A stretch of DNA of 64,000 bases, taken from positions 44,268,001-44,332,000 of the forward strand of contig OZ287751.1 in assembly GCA_965649765.1 (NCBI GenBank), read 5' to 3'. Shown piece after piece: positions 14,801 through 26,800 of the stretch (positions are counted from its first letter, which is position 1; each line of letters opens with the position of its first letter). The stretch is from Bispira polyomma. Lineage: Eukaryota. A program made the translations under genes and the position numbers. The notes below the pieces were generated by a model that saw only the letters and a program-made list of their open reading frames with translations, ran no database searches and had not been told where the DNA came from.

Positions 14801-17800
14801 TTTACTTTAAAAGAGTAAAATTGTAACTAGACCATTGGACCAAGTTTGTTAGACAGAGAATTGCATAAAACTACTGGACAAATTCCAAAGGCATATCTAC
14901 TTGAGTTTCACAAAAGCTACTGTTGTTTAGCTAAGGGGCAAAAAGCTGACACGTTTTTGCCATCCGAGTAAATTAAGTCCCCCTCCCACAGCGACAGTGA
15001 AGAAAGTCCACAAGGAGACTTTACAGTAATTAATGGTTGGGGGGTTTTTGTGTCGAGTATTGTATTCTTTTTGAAGATTAGGAAAAGGATCGCAGTATGT
15101 CACATCAGATACAAGTATACTGTGTCGTAATTTACATGTAAAGTGTCTGCCAACTCCCACACTGGGACCATTGGAGCACCCTGAACCCCCCTCCCTTTTC
15201 CTCCCCACACACCCACCCACACCCAACCTCTGAGCACAGAGGCCAATATTGACAAGTCTAAGAGCAGAGTCCCTCACTGTCTTGTATTAGTACAGGGTAA
15301 ATAGTTTACATACCCCCCAAAAAAAATAAACAAAAAGAGAGGGTTAGGTTTCTGTCAAAAATCAATTGCTTTAGAACCTCTATTATCCAAAAATTTCTGG
15401 AGAGCAAGAGCTAATTTAGATAATAGAAGACTAATAAAGGCAGTTTAGCATAAAACAATAAGAAGATGTACAAGTGTGGGAGTAAAAGTGTGTTGTTAAA
15501 ATTAAATATTCATATACATAGGTTAATCCAGGATATTGTACAGCAAGGGGGTGGATGGTTGGGGGTGGGGCTACATAGGGGGTCGTCCTGACCACATAGA
15601 CTCGGATTCGCCTATGACATAATAGAAGTATGGTCTGTGGTTGGTCTGGATATTGGAAGGCCCCCGGTTTAACTCCTACTAATACCGCTAGGGCTGTAGT
15701 GAATAACATCCTTGGGCCAGAGGTGAGCACAACATGGCCCGCGACCTAGGCTATGTTGCAGGACACATGAATATGGTTGATTGATTCGATTCTGTAGCCT
15801 CCGAGGTCACTACACCATTGTTGGTTACTGTTGTGTAACCTCTGAGGTCACTACACCATTGTTTGTTACTGTTGTGTAACCTGTGAGGTCACTACACCAT
15901 TGTTTGTTACTGTTGTGTAACCTGTGAGTTCATTGTACCACTGTTTATGACTATTGTGTGTAACCTCTGAGGTGACTATACCATTGTTTATGCCTATTGT
16001 ACTATTGTCCAGCCTCTGAGGTCCTGAATGGAGTTGATTGGTCTGAAGCCCTGGATCCAGTGTTTGTAGAGAATTACGAGAACGACCCCACCCTAACCTG
16101 GCAGTATTTTGGCAGCTCAGAGGGTTTCTTTAGGAACTATCCAGGTAAGAGATCATGAAATATGAAGATTTTTAAATCAAATAAAGATGGCAATATCAAT
16201 GTTTTCTGTATGTTAAACAAGCAAGTGGGAGCTATTTAAACACAAGATAAGATGTTTTGTTTTTCGAGTTTGAGGAAATTTAAATTTTATTGTTTTTAAT
16301 GCCAAGTTAAAAAAGTGGTGTGACTATTACAGTTTGCAGCTGATTATTTCAACTTAAGCCAGGAGAGCTGTAAAGGTATTTTAGTGGAATTGAAAGACTG
16401 AGTAGACTGTAGCAGTATTACATATTAAAAGGAACAATTAGTGCCGATTTTAATTTTTAAAACCTCAGAGTTTAGTTGTGTTACCAATTAATACAGGGGT
16501 TGGAGGTGAGTCTATAAATACCACTAGACCAGTTAAGCCCCACAAAACTGTACAAATATATATTCAGTATATGGAGTCAGACATGTGACATAATGTCAGC
16601 AATATTATCAGCTGACCTCACAGCTTTTGGAATGTTTGAAAAAAAAATAATCATATTTAGAAAGGTGTAAAATCGTGTTTTATGTACCAAAACATTGTTT
16701 TAGGTTGACATTTTATATTGTGTCAACGTTTTGGGAAACTTTCTCTAAAAAAAATAGAAATTAAAATTGACACTGAAAACCTTGAAAATTTCTGTAACTA
16801 CTAAAGTTTTGGTAGACATTTTCATGGGCGCCGTGTAATAAGAAAACTTAATGGTCCATATACCATCATAGTAGAGTGGGATACGCAGGGTAGTGTGTAA
16901 TAAATAGAATGTTATCTGAGCAATGTTACTGATAAGTTTTTATGCTGTGTAGGGCTGCGTTAGCATCAATTCCCAACCTGACTTTAAAAGAAAAGTCCTT
17001 TTCTCAATATAAAGGGAATTTGACTTAACAGATTTCTTATGGGGTCCAACTGTCTGATATAAAAGTATTCTTTGTGTCGATCCCACTTAAAGTTGCGGGA
17101 GATGGCTGTTTGTCAAAAACTCTTCAGTAATTCTGTAATTTTTTCAATAAATAGACCTTTCAAGTCTCAGTAAATAATGTAAATATTTTTGAGGCCCTTG
17201 TAGAAAATTACACTTGTGTTAGCCATTTGATTACTGAATGTTAACTGTTATACACTTTAAAGGATTAGAGTGGGAATTTGGTACAGTTGATTTATTTGAC
17301 TGTAGGACACGAGGCTGGTAAGACACTGATATAAAGTACTGGTGTATGTAGCCTTTATTTGGGCTCTAGTTTTATCTTTGCAAATTGTTTTGCACTTAAT
17401 AGCTAAAAGCACCCTTGCCGGGTAAACACCATTATATCATTGTGTGAGGGATCCATTAATTACAATAAGGATGTGGGAAACTTTGCACGACATTTAAGTC
17501 AGGACACCTAGTAAGTGTAATCCTGGTAAACCTTCTCTTTTAAGTTCGGATCTGTAAAAACTTTTTGACAATTTAAATGTTGTTTAAGTAATTTAAGCAT
17601 TATTTGTTTTGAAGTAAAGAGTCCTGAGTTAAAACCGTCCTGAGTTTTCATCTCCTTTGGAGTCAATATCTTAACCCCTCTTCCAGGTAGACGAGCACGT
17701 TGTACAAAATCTAATAATAGATTCATTCCTAGATCATCAATACAAACACTTTATGGTTTTAATGTCAAATACCATTGCTGTTAAATTCAAGTCTAGACAA

Positions 17801-20800
17801 TAGTAGTACAGTAGAACCACTATTATGGAAATTTCTGTTATCTGAATATTCCACTTGATGAACTCATTCCTATTTTCCCAATCTCTTCCTATTCTAATAT
17901 ACTAAAAATACCTCTTCTATTTTACGGACCTTCTAATATCCAAACAAAACCATGCTCTTCCAAGATGTTTAAATAATAGAGGTTCTACTGTATTGGAAAT
18001 GTCAATCATATCTATAACATATTGGGAAACTTGCATTTTATGTTTATCCATACTACTTTGCCTGAAGGTATTTGGAATGCATTTTTGTTCTCAAAAATCC
18101 CATTATTTCTCTGAGGATGAATGTGCTCTATTTATAATACAATAGCCAGTAATTCTCAAGATCATTTGTTTAAGGTTTGTTAATACACTTGTTTCATAAG
18201 ATAATCTAGATCACCATCTTCTCTTTTAGACTTTTAAAATAAACTAAAAGTGCCCATCTTTTTCATCTGGCCAGTACCCCGATTGTCTGACATTTTGGAA
18301 CCTCTAGTACAGTTTACGTTTAGTTCAAAATGTACTCATATTTATGATAACTTTCTTTAAGCACTTGTTTAAAATGTACACAGCAATTTATAAACCCTGT
18401 GTAGATATTACGTTATTATTCCTACATTTGTCATCATCAGCATTTATCATTATTCCTGGAATGTTTAATTTTCAATTCTGGTACATTTTAGAAAAACAAG
18501 ATTTTTTATTAATCTGATTTTTAGTTTGACTGTTAAATTACAATGGAAAAACTTTATCTGAAATATTTGGAAATTAAAATTTCAGATCTCAATAACACTT
18601 TAACAAATGCTAAATTACTATTTAAATCTTGCAACATCTTCTCAGTGCCAAACATTGACACTGTGGCACTGTTTACCAGTAAATCCTAAACTTGTCATAA
18701 GTTAACCTCGATCAGCATCTTAATGTAGGTCATCACCAATATAATAATTTCCTTTTCATACAGTCTGTTCGATTACCCTTGTTTCATAAAGATAGCTTAA
18801 TAAAGTTACATATTTTGGAAGAATGAAATGCAAAAACTACATTCCTTAATCCAAGATGGTCTTCAAAATGCGTCCTTTCTAGCTTACACTTATTACTGAG
18901 TCTTGAACACTACTAGTATTTTTACATGGAATGACATCATCTGTAAGTAATGTCATCAATAAGGTCATGAAATTAACTTATCAAGGTATGTAGAATGTCC
19001 ATATCTCTGAGAAAGATAGCATGCTTCAGAATCTCTCAATCACAAAAAGAGACTGCTTTTGGGGGGTCAGGATATGAGGTCCAGTTTAGTCACCAAAATG
19101 TCATGGTTTTTATCTTGGTCTATAAAATTACCTTGATATGACATTAACTGTAAACAATCCTTCCATATTCATATATAAACAGACAAACTTGGCCCAAAAC
19201 AATTCTACAATTCTATGTGCAGCTTTTACTGAAAATGAAGATATATGACCAACACCAGTGTGTTTTGCAAACATGCAGATACATATTTGGGAGAGATACC
19301 ATTTATTCACCCATTTAGCAATTTTTTTTATCTTTTGTTTGGTACCCAGTATTTTTTAAACCTATATCAAGATATTACTTTGTATAAACCCTTGTACAGA
19401 GCTGTAAGTTTGAGGTCTTTGTATATATATATATGTATGTACATGTGTGTAATGTTGTACGACTTACCATTGACCATACACAGGAATTCAGTGGAATACT
19501 ATGGAGATGGTGACCAATAACATAGACATGTACGATTGCAGAACAAGGGGCTGGTAAGGATTATGTCTGACTCCTGTGTGTTTGACCTTTTATAGTAATG
19601 TAGATGTTGTCTTATTTGTAATACTGAAAGAACCTTTATTATCCAATCAAAATGAGGAACATGTGTGATTCTCTTCAGATGACTCCTGTGTGTTTGATCT
19701 TTTGTAGTAATGTAGATGTTGTCTTATTTGTAATTCTGAAAGAACCTTTATTATCCCGTCAAAATGAGGGACATGTGTGATTCTCTTCAGATGACTCCTG
19801 TGTGTTTGACCTTTTGTAGTAATGTAGATGTTGTCTTATTTGTAATACTGAAAGAACCTCTATTATCCAATCAAAATGAGGAACATGTGTGATTCTCTTC
19901 AGATGACTCCTGTGTGTTTGACCTTTTGTAGTAATGTAGATGTTGTCTTATTTGTAATGCTGAAAGAACCTTTATTATCCAGTCAAAATGAGGGACATGT
20001 GTGATTCTCTTCAGATGACTCCTGTGTGTTTGACCTTTTGTAGTAATGTAGATGTTGTCTTATTTGTAATACTGAAAGAACCTCTATTATCCAATCAAAA
20101 TGAGGAACATGTGTGATTCTCTTCAGATGACTCCTGTGTGTTTGACCTTTTGTAGTAATGTAGATGTTGTCTTATTTGTAATGCTGAAAGAACCTTTATT
20201 ATCCAGTCAAAATGAGGGACATGTGTGATTCTCTTCAGATGACTCCTGTGTGTTTGACCTTTTGTAGTAATGTAGATGTTGTCTTATTTGTAATACTGAA
20301 AGAACCTCTATTATCCAATCAAAATGAGGAACATGTGTGATTCTCTTCAGATGACTCCTGTGTGTTTGACCTTTTGTAGTAATGTAGATGTTGTCTTATT
20401 TGTAATTCTGAAAGAACCTCTATTATCCAGTCAAAATGAGGAACATGTGTGATTCTCTTCAGATATCTGATTTTGATGTTTAAGTGGTAACTTTACAGCC
20501 TCTCACCAGAAAACACCTTTCTGTATCAACTCACTTTTACAGCATAGCATCCGCCGGTTTCCACTGGATGCTTTGATAACAGATATGTTTTGTCTATCTG
20601 ACTACTGTTTATTGAATCTTGATTAATATGTGTGTCACATATGATGTCACAAATGATATAACTTAAAGTTTCCAACAAATTGGACATCATGTCATTCAAT
20701 TACATAGAGGTAACTACTATTTGCTTCTCAAGTTTACAGATAAAAGAGGTTGATAGTGTGACATCATCATCTTCTGTAACATCTGCCATATAAATATGAT

Positions 20801-23800
20801 GCCATTATAATCACATGCCATAATATCTGTTTGTGACTTGTGTCAGTAAACAAACATAAACAAACCCAGATTGCTATTATTAGCTCCACCTAAAGGAGGT
20901 AAACATGGTTTTTCTTGTGACCATTGGTTGGTTTGTTTGGTACCTGAATTACACAAAAACTACTGAATCAATTTACATAAAATGTGAGGGATAGGGATGA
21001 GGGATGGGGCAAGTAAGAATCCATACGTAATCCCTAAAATTTGGGTAGAAGGGCAGACCCAGGATTTTTTTTACTTGTTTGACACTGTAGCACCTTGGCA
21101 GAAGTATGCACTCTACTGAGTGCTCTTACTGCATGTAGTTTGTTGCATGTAACTAATATAATTTAGCTGTCATAGCAGTTTCAATATTACCAGTTTGAAT
21201 GTACTTTTATTGGGTTGCCTTTTGTATGTTGTCGTGACTTTTCAATGTCTGTTATACTGAAGTTTGCTAAAGTTAGAACACAAACATAAAATGTAGCTCA
21301 CTTTCAACCCACGCACCACAAATTGTTACCCACATGATGCATGCCTGAAATTAGTTAATTCTTTATGCCCTGTTTGACTTATTTACACTTGTATTTTTGT
21401 GGACAATAAACTTATCTAGCAATGGTATTAACAGTTGCACATATTGGTGGGGGACTATTGCTTGTATTTTGTTGTTTTCTGTTAGATATTGTTTTTGTTT
21501 TCAAACAGTTTTTATGACTTTAGACAGTTTTATATCATAAAGATTTTGTTTATGTACCAAATATATGTTGCAGCATGACGATGGACAAAAAGAATTGTGA
21601 GCGTGTGACTTTTTAAAGTCAAATAAGAGATATTAATAATACATTCTATATGCATTCTACATATACTTACCTTGACATTTAACCTTGATCAATGTCATAT
21701 TGAAAGTTTTTGAATGACTTCATTTTGGCATCATTTGCTTAGAAGCATCTGCTTCGGCGTTGTGGTGGGATTTATAGATAGGTACTATAGAAAGATCTCA
21801 CGCCAATCACTTTTGTGGCCAATGCAAAAAAAAGGGTGACTAAGGGAAATGTTATCAAGGTAATTATTAACCTGTCTATCATTTATCAGTTTCTACAAAG
21901 TCTACAAATGAACTTATTGATTTCGCAACTATCTTGAATATTTAAATTGTGCAGAGGCTCATGGTACATAAAGAATGAGCGATGTTGAGATTATTTTCAA
22001 ACCACCAGGCTGAGGGTACAAAGAGTCTCTAAGTGAACTTAGTGAAGTCTTTATGTACAATGTTGGGTGGTCAGTCTTAATCTATGTGACTTTTACAAAC
22101 ATTTGGGCTAAATTTAGCATCTCAGTTCTTCTATATTTCATTGTAACAAACTATCTTTTCATATTTACTGGAGACACTGTAGTTTTGGGAATGCAAAACT
22201 ACTTTTTTTTAGACCTTTCTGCATATCTATTTAGCCATTTTTGATATATGACTGTGTCATAGTAAACTTGTAATGTGACGTTGTAAGGTGACACATGCAT
22301 TACCCTTGTTAGAGAATGGATGATTTTAATAACCCGCTCACACAAATGCACTAAGTTTAAGTCCTCTGTTTTAAATGTAGAATATTCTATGTATTTATGT
22401 TGCTCTGTGTACCTTATGCAGCTATTACTGTGACATATGTTTTTTTTTTTGTATGGGGTTTTATCATTTTCAAGTAATTTTTTACCTTAGAAATATAATG
22501 TAATTTCTAGTCATTGCTGTTTTCTAAATTCACCACTTTTGATCACTCTGACAATGTGTTAACATTAGCTGTTGTAATGACGGTTTGTCAGTATTAATAG
22601 TATTCAGGTAGCAACAGAAATTAATGAAAAGCAATATTTTTTGTAATTTTCCGTGGCGTGTTCTATTTCATTCTTTTTTTTCCTAATTACTTAGTACATG
22701 TATTATTTTACATTGACAATTAAGTGTACAAAAACCCGAGCAAAGTGGAAGTAGTGATATACGACAGAGTGTTATAGCTACAGTAGAACCTCTGTTATAT
22801 GAACATGTTCAGAGACCAAACAAAACTTTGTTCTGATTCTTTGCTATTTTTTTGGTTCAGTTTTGTGAATTACAGTGATCAAGTAAATGTCAACATATAT
22901 TTCTAATTTTTGGGAAAATTTTACTGACATATCTCTTGCTACAAAAAAAATAAATTAACCTGGCGTTGTGACCCTCTGTAGAAAAGACTATAAATACAAA
23001 GTTAAATTGAAATGTTTTGAAGATAATGGCATTTAGCACAATGTATATGAAAACTCTTCGACCACTGCATGACGTGTATCTTTACATTCCTACCAATTAA
23101 CAAAAGTTGAAGCTGTAAATTCTGTTTATAATAAACATCATTCTAAATTGAATGCGTGCGTTATGACCAGCATCAGGTATCAGTTTCCCCAAGCTGTGTT
23201 CACTAAAACCACTCATTAGGCAAGCCATTGGCGCCAGAATTTCCCGTCAAAATTGTTTACCTGCCCAAGAATAAACAGTGTTGTCCTCATTCTGGAAAAA
23301 ACCTTGAAGGAACAACAACTAAAAAGGAACTACATTCCTTTTTGGGACGCCATCTTAACTATTTAAACACACAAGGATATTTTAACTATAATTTTAATAA
23401 AAGACGTTTACAAATTTATTTACATAATATTTTAAAAAGAAAACGTTATATATTAGTGAGTGTTTTAGTCAAGTGGTGTAAAGTTCTTCTCTACCGTGTG
23501 CCTATATTGTGATTTGAATATGGGCCCGAAACCGGTGAATAAGCAGCACAATACCAGGAGCAAGAGCAAGGAGCAGTGTTATAAGTGTAAATCCAGTCAC
23601 CGTTTGCCTGTGGGAGACCACTGTTTGAGGGAAGGAGCTGCCGACCAGACGCTCACGTCCTCGGGTTCGGATAACCCAGACCAGTCTAACGCGTTGGAGC
23701 AGTCAAGCCAACAACAGGAGGTGAGGGTGACTCACAACTCCACTACTGAAGGTATGGAGCAGTCGCAAGGACAGGCAGCCAAGGGGAAAAGAAAACGAGT

Positions 23801-26800
23801 CGGCAGTGTAGATGTAATGGCCAAGTTAGATAAGTTCATGGAAAAATTCTCTCAGCTAGAGGAGCGAGTATCCAGACAGGAAGAACGACGGGACAGTGAA
23901 CTATCGCTCTCCACCAGGCCGTCGGCGCACAGCTCGCCAAAACGCAAGACCACTAGTGAATGCACTGAGGGATGAGGGCAGTCAGGAAAGACCGCGAAGT
24001 TACCTTCACTGGACTTCCTTCGGGGCAATACTACAATTCAGGAGGAAGTTGACAGGCGGTTGACACAATACCAGGACGTTTCCAGAGATGATCTGACAGG
24101 TATTTTTGTTAATAAGAAATCCATTAAGTCAGGTAGATTGCGTGTCGGTAATCAGAAAGTAAAAGTTTCCGTACCGTGGCCTCATGAGCATTGCATGCTC
24201 AACGAGCATATGAAAATGCCTACGTATGAAGATTTGACATTATGTCAGTGGGTGCAGGGCTATGCCCGATGCGTGTTAGAAGAGTCAGACGAAGAAGTGC
24301 GCAAAAACATGCTGCATTATCAATATCTGTTAATGCAGGATGCCATAGACCTCTCTTGAGCGACAGCAAAACGAGCCCATGCGGCAGTGCTGACCGAGAT
24401 AGAAAGGGAGAATGTCACTTGGGAGGATGTCGGTGAAATTGACCGAATTAGGCAACGCTTCACGCAGAGAACACTAAGGGGGGCCAGCTCGGCTAGTTAC
24501 AACAGGTCTACTAAGGAACAGGCTCAGAACGGTAAAGTAACTGTTTGTCAAAAATATTCAAAAGGGACTTGCAAATTTGATGGAGACCATTTCGAGGGGA
24601 GTAAGATGCAAAAACATTCTTGTGGGTATTGTTACAGGACTGTTCATAAGAATTATGACCATCCCGAGATTAAATGCAACCGAAAGGTAAAGGAAGGTGG
24701 GGCAAAAAGTCGTGAAAGCGGGGACAGGGCTGATCAGCGAGTTTAATGTTGTAAGGGCCACCTCCTACAGTATCACCAGTAGCGGCTTACATAATAATAA
24801 ATCCCAAATCAAAAAGGATATTGTAACAAAAAATCATGTCTGGGGAAGCAAATTTTGGAGTAGCCAACATTTGGGTCTGTGTAATTGTCATTGGTGTGAC
24901 ACCACATATTATATACCAAAAGGGGTGAATACTGTGGGCAGGGGCAACCCGGGATTTAACCCCACTGCAGTAATTAGTGGGAAAAACTCTTACGTCGCAG
25001 ACGCGGCTGGCTTGAGTAGTAGCTATACCAGTGTAGTTCACAATGTTTTCAATGTCAATATAGTGTTACTGAGAGATACAAATGTAAACAGCAGTAATTG
25101 TGGTTCTTTGTTGTATGAGTCCAGTGTAGTCAGTAAGGACAGTAGTAGTAGCTGGAGTAGTAGTGTTTCTGGATCACAGGATTCTTAAGTAGTGAGTCAG
25201 AGCAGTATAACAGATTATAGCTTTACCAAGGCTTGGGTCAAGGACAACTTTAACCCAGGGTTAAGTAGCATAAGGGTCCATGTAGGACATATAGAGAGCC
25301 TCATGTACAATACAGACTCTGACATGTCAAGTCTAGACAGGAAAAGGGGTCAGGCCCAGATAGGTTTCACCAATAAAGAATCAGTTGACGAGTCAGTTAA
25401 TATTAGCATGGCCATTAAGCAGGGTCAGTTTGGTGTTAGCTTTAGAATTAACAATGTCAGGGACACCTCAGTAACAGAACAATTTAGCCCTTGTGCAAGG
25501 TTAGATGGGGGGCTTTACCTGAGGACAAAAGGAGGGAGCCTTCAAAAGTGGCTGAGGGGGTTCATTCCAATTAAACCAGGCCCTTATGTACAAGTTGACA
25601 CACATGTAAAGGGTCTTGAGTTACAGAACAAAGACATGTTACAATGGGTACAAGAAGCACACACAATAGTGACACAAAAAGGCGTGCCAAATTATAAGGG
25701 GGCTAGAGTGGTAGTTCCTTCACAATTAAATATTCCTGCTTGGCGCCTCTACTTAAAGGATTATGACTGTTCGGTCGTTTGTGATTACCTACAATATGGG
25801 TTTCCCTTAGCTCTAGATTACAGTACTTTTCAGTACAACACACAAGTAGATAACCACGCGTCTGCAGTGGCATGTCCAATGGATGTAGACAAGTATATTA
25901 AGACAGAGGTTAGTTACAAGGCAATGGTAGGCCCTTTAACAGCTAGCCCTTTTGAAAAATTACACGTGTCACTTTTAATGTCCAGGCCCAAGCCAAATGG
26001 TACCAGGAGAATAATTGTTGACCTTTCATGGCTACGTGGTAGCAGTGTAAATTCGTGCATACCCCAAAACTTTTTCGACGACATTGAATACCAGCTTAAA
26101 TACCCAACAATTGATAATATAGTGGAGAAAATAGCCAGTTTAGGCCCACAATGTTTGCTTTATAAAATAGATTTACAACGGGCTTATAGGAATTTAAGAA
26201 CGGACCCGTTTGATTATTCTGTACTGGGTCTGGGTTGGGGGGGTAAACTGTATGTGGACGTTACGGTCCCCTTTGGCCTGTCCTCGGGCGCATGCGCGTG
26301 CCAGATGGTCACGGATTGCATAACTTACCTCTTACACATGAATAGTTATTGGGTATGTTCGTACCTCGATGATTGTATCGGGGTTACGCCTCCTGAAAAG
26401 GCTAGTCTGGCTTTCAAAACTTTTTATAATTTAATACAAAAGCTTGGCCTTCCAATTAACCAGGACAAAGTGGATACTCCCACAAGTGAATTGGTTTGCC
26501 TGGGTATACACATAAATGCACACAGGGGGCAACTTACAATCCCCACTGATGAATTAACAGAGGTAAAACAATTATGTCTCCAATGGAAATCTAGAACAAA
26601 AGCCACTCGCCGGGGCTTACAAAAGCTTTTGGGGAAGCTCTTATACATACATCGGTGTGTAAAGCCGGCTCGGCTCTTTGGTAATAGGATATTAGGAGTA
26701 CTTAGGGGAACCCCCCCTTCCACAGCTGTTGCATTGGGTAATGAATTCCCAAAGGATATAAACTGGTTTTGTGAATTTTTGGAGGACTTTAATGGGGTTG

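Noticed and set aside
19569-20464. CRISPR-like array (also considered for 30741-31495 and 37344-38241)
   Set aside because: Units are contiguous with no unique spacers, there are no cas genes, and the context is eukaryotic intron.
21949-21990. CRGSWYIK resembling a third cluster-1 exon
   Set aside because: No upstream W...D context, no compatible acceptor, and a stop follows shortly.
23973-24359. Selenocysteine or programmed readthrough at in-frame TGA codons
   Set aside because: Contexts fit point mutations (for example TGG>TGA in DLS*ATAKRAH), and other stops in the element are TAA.
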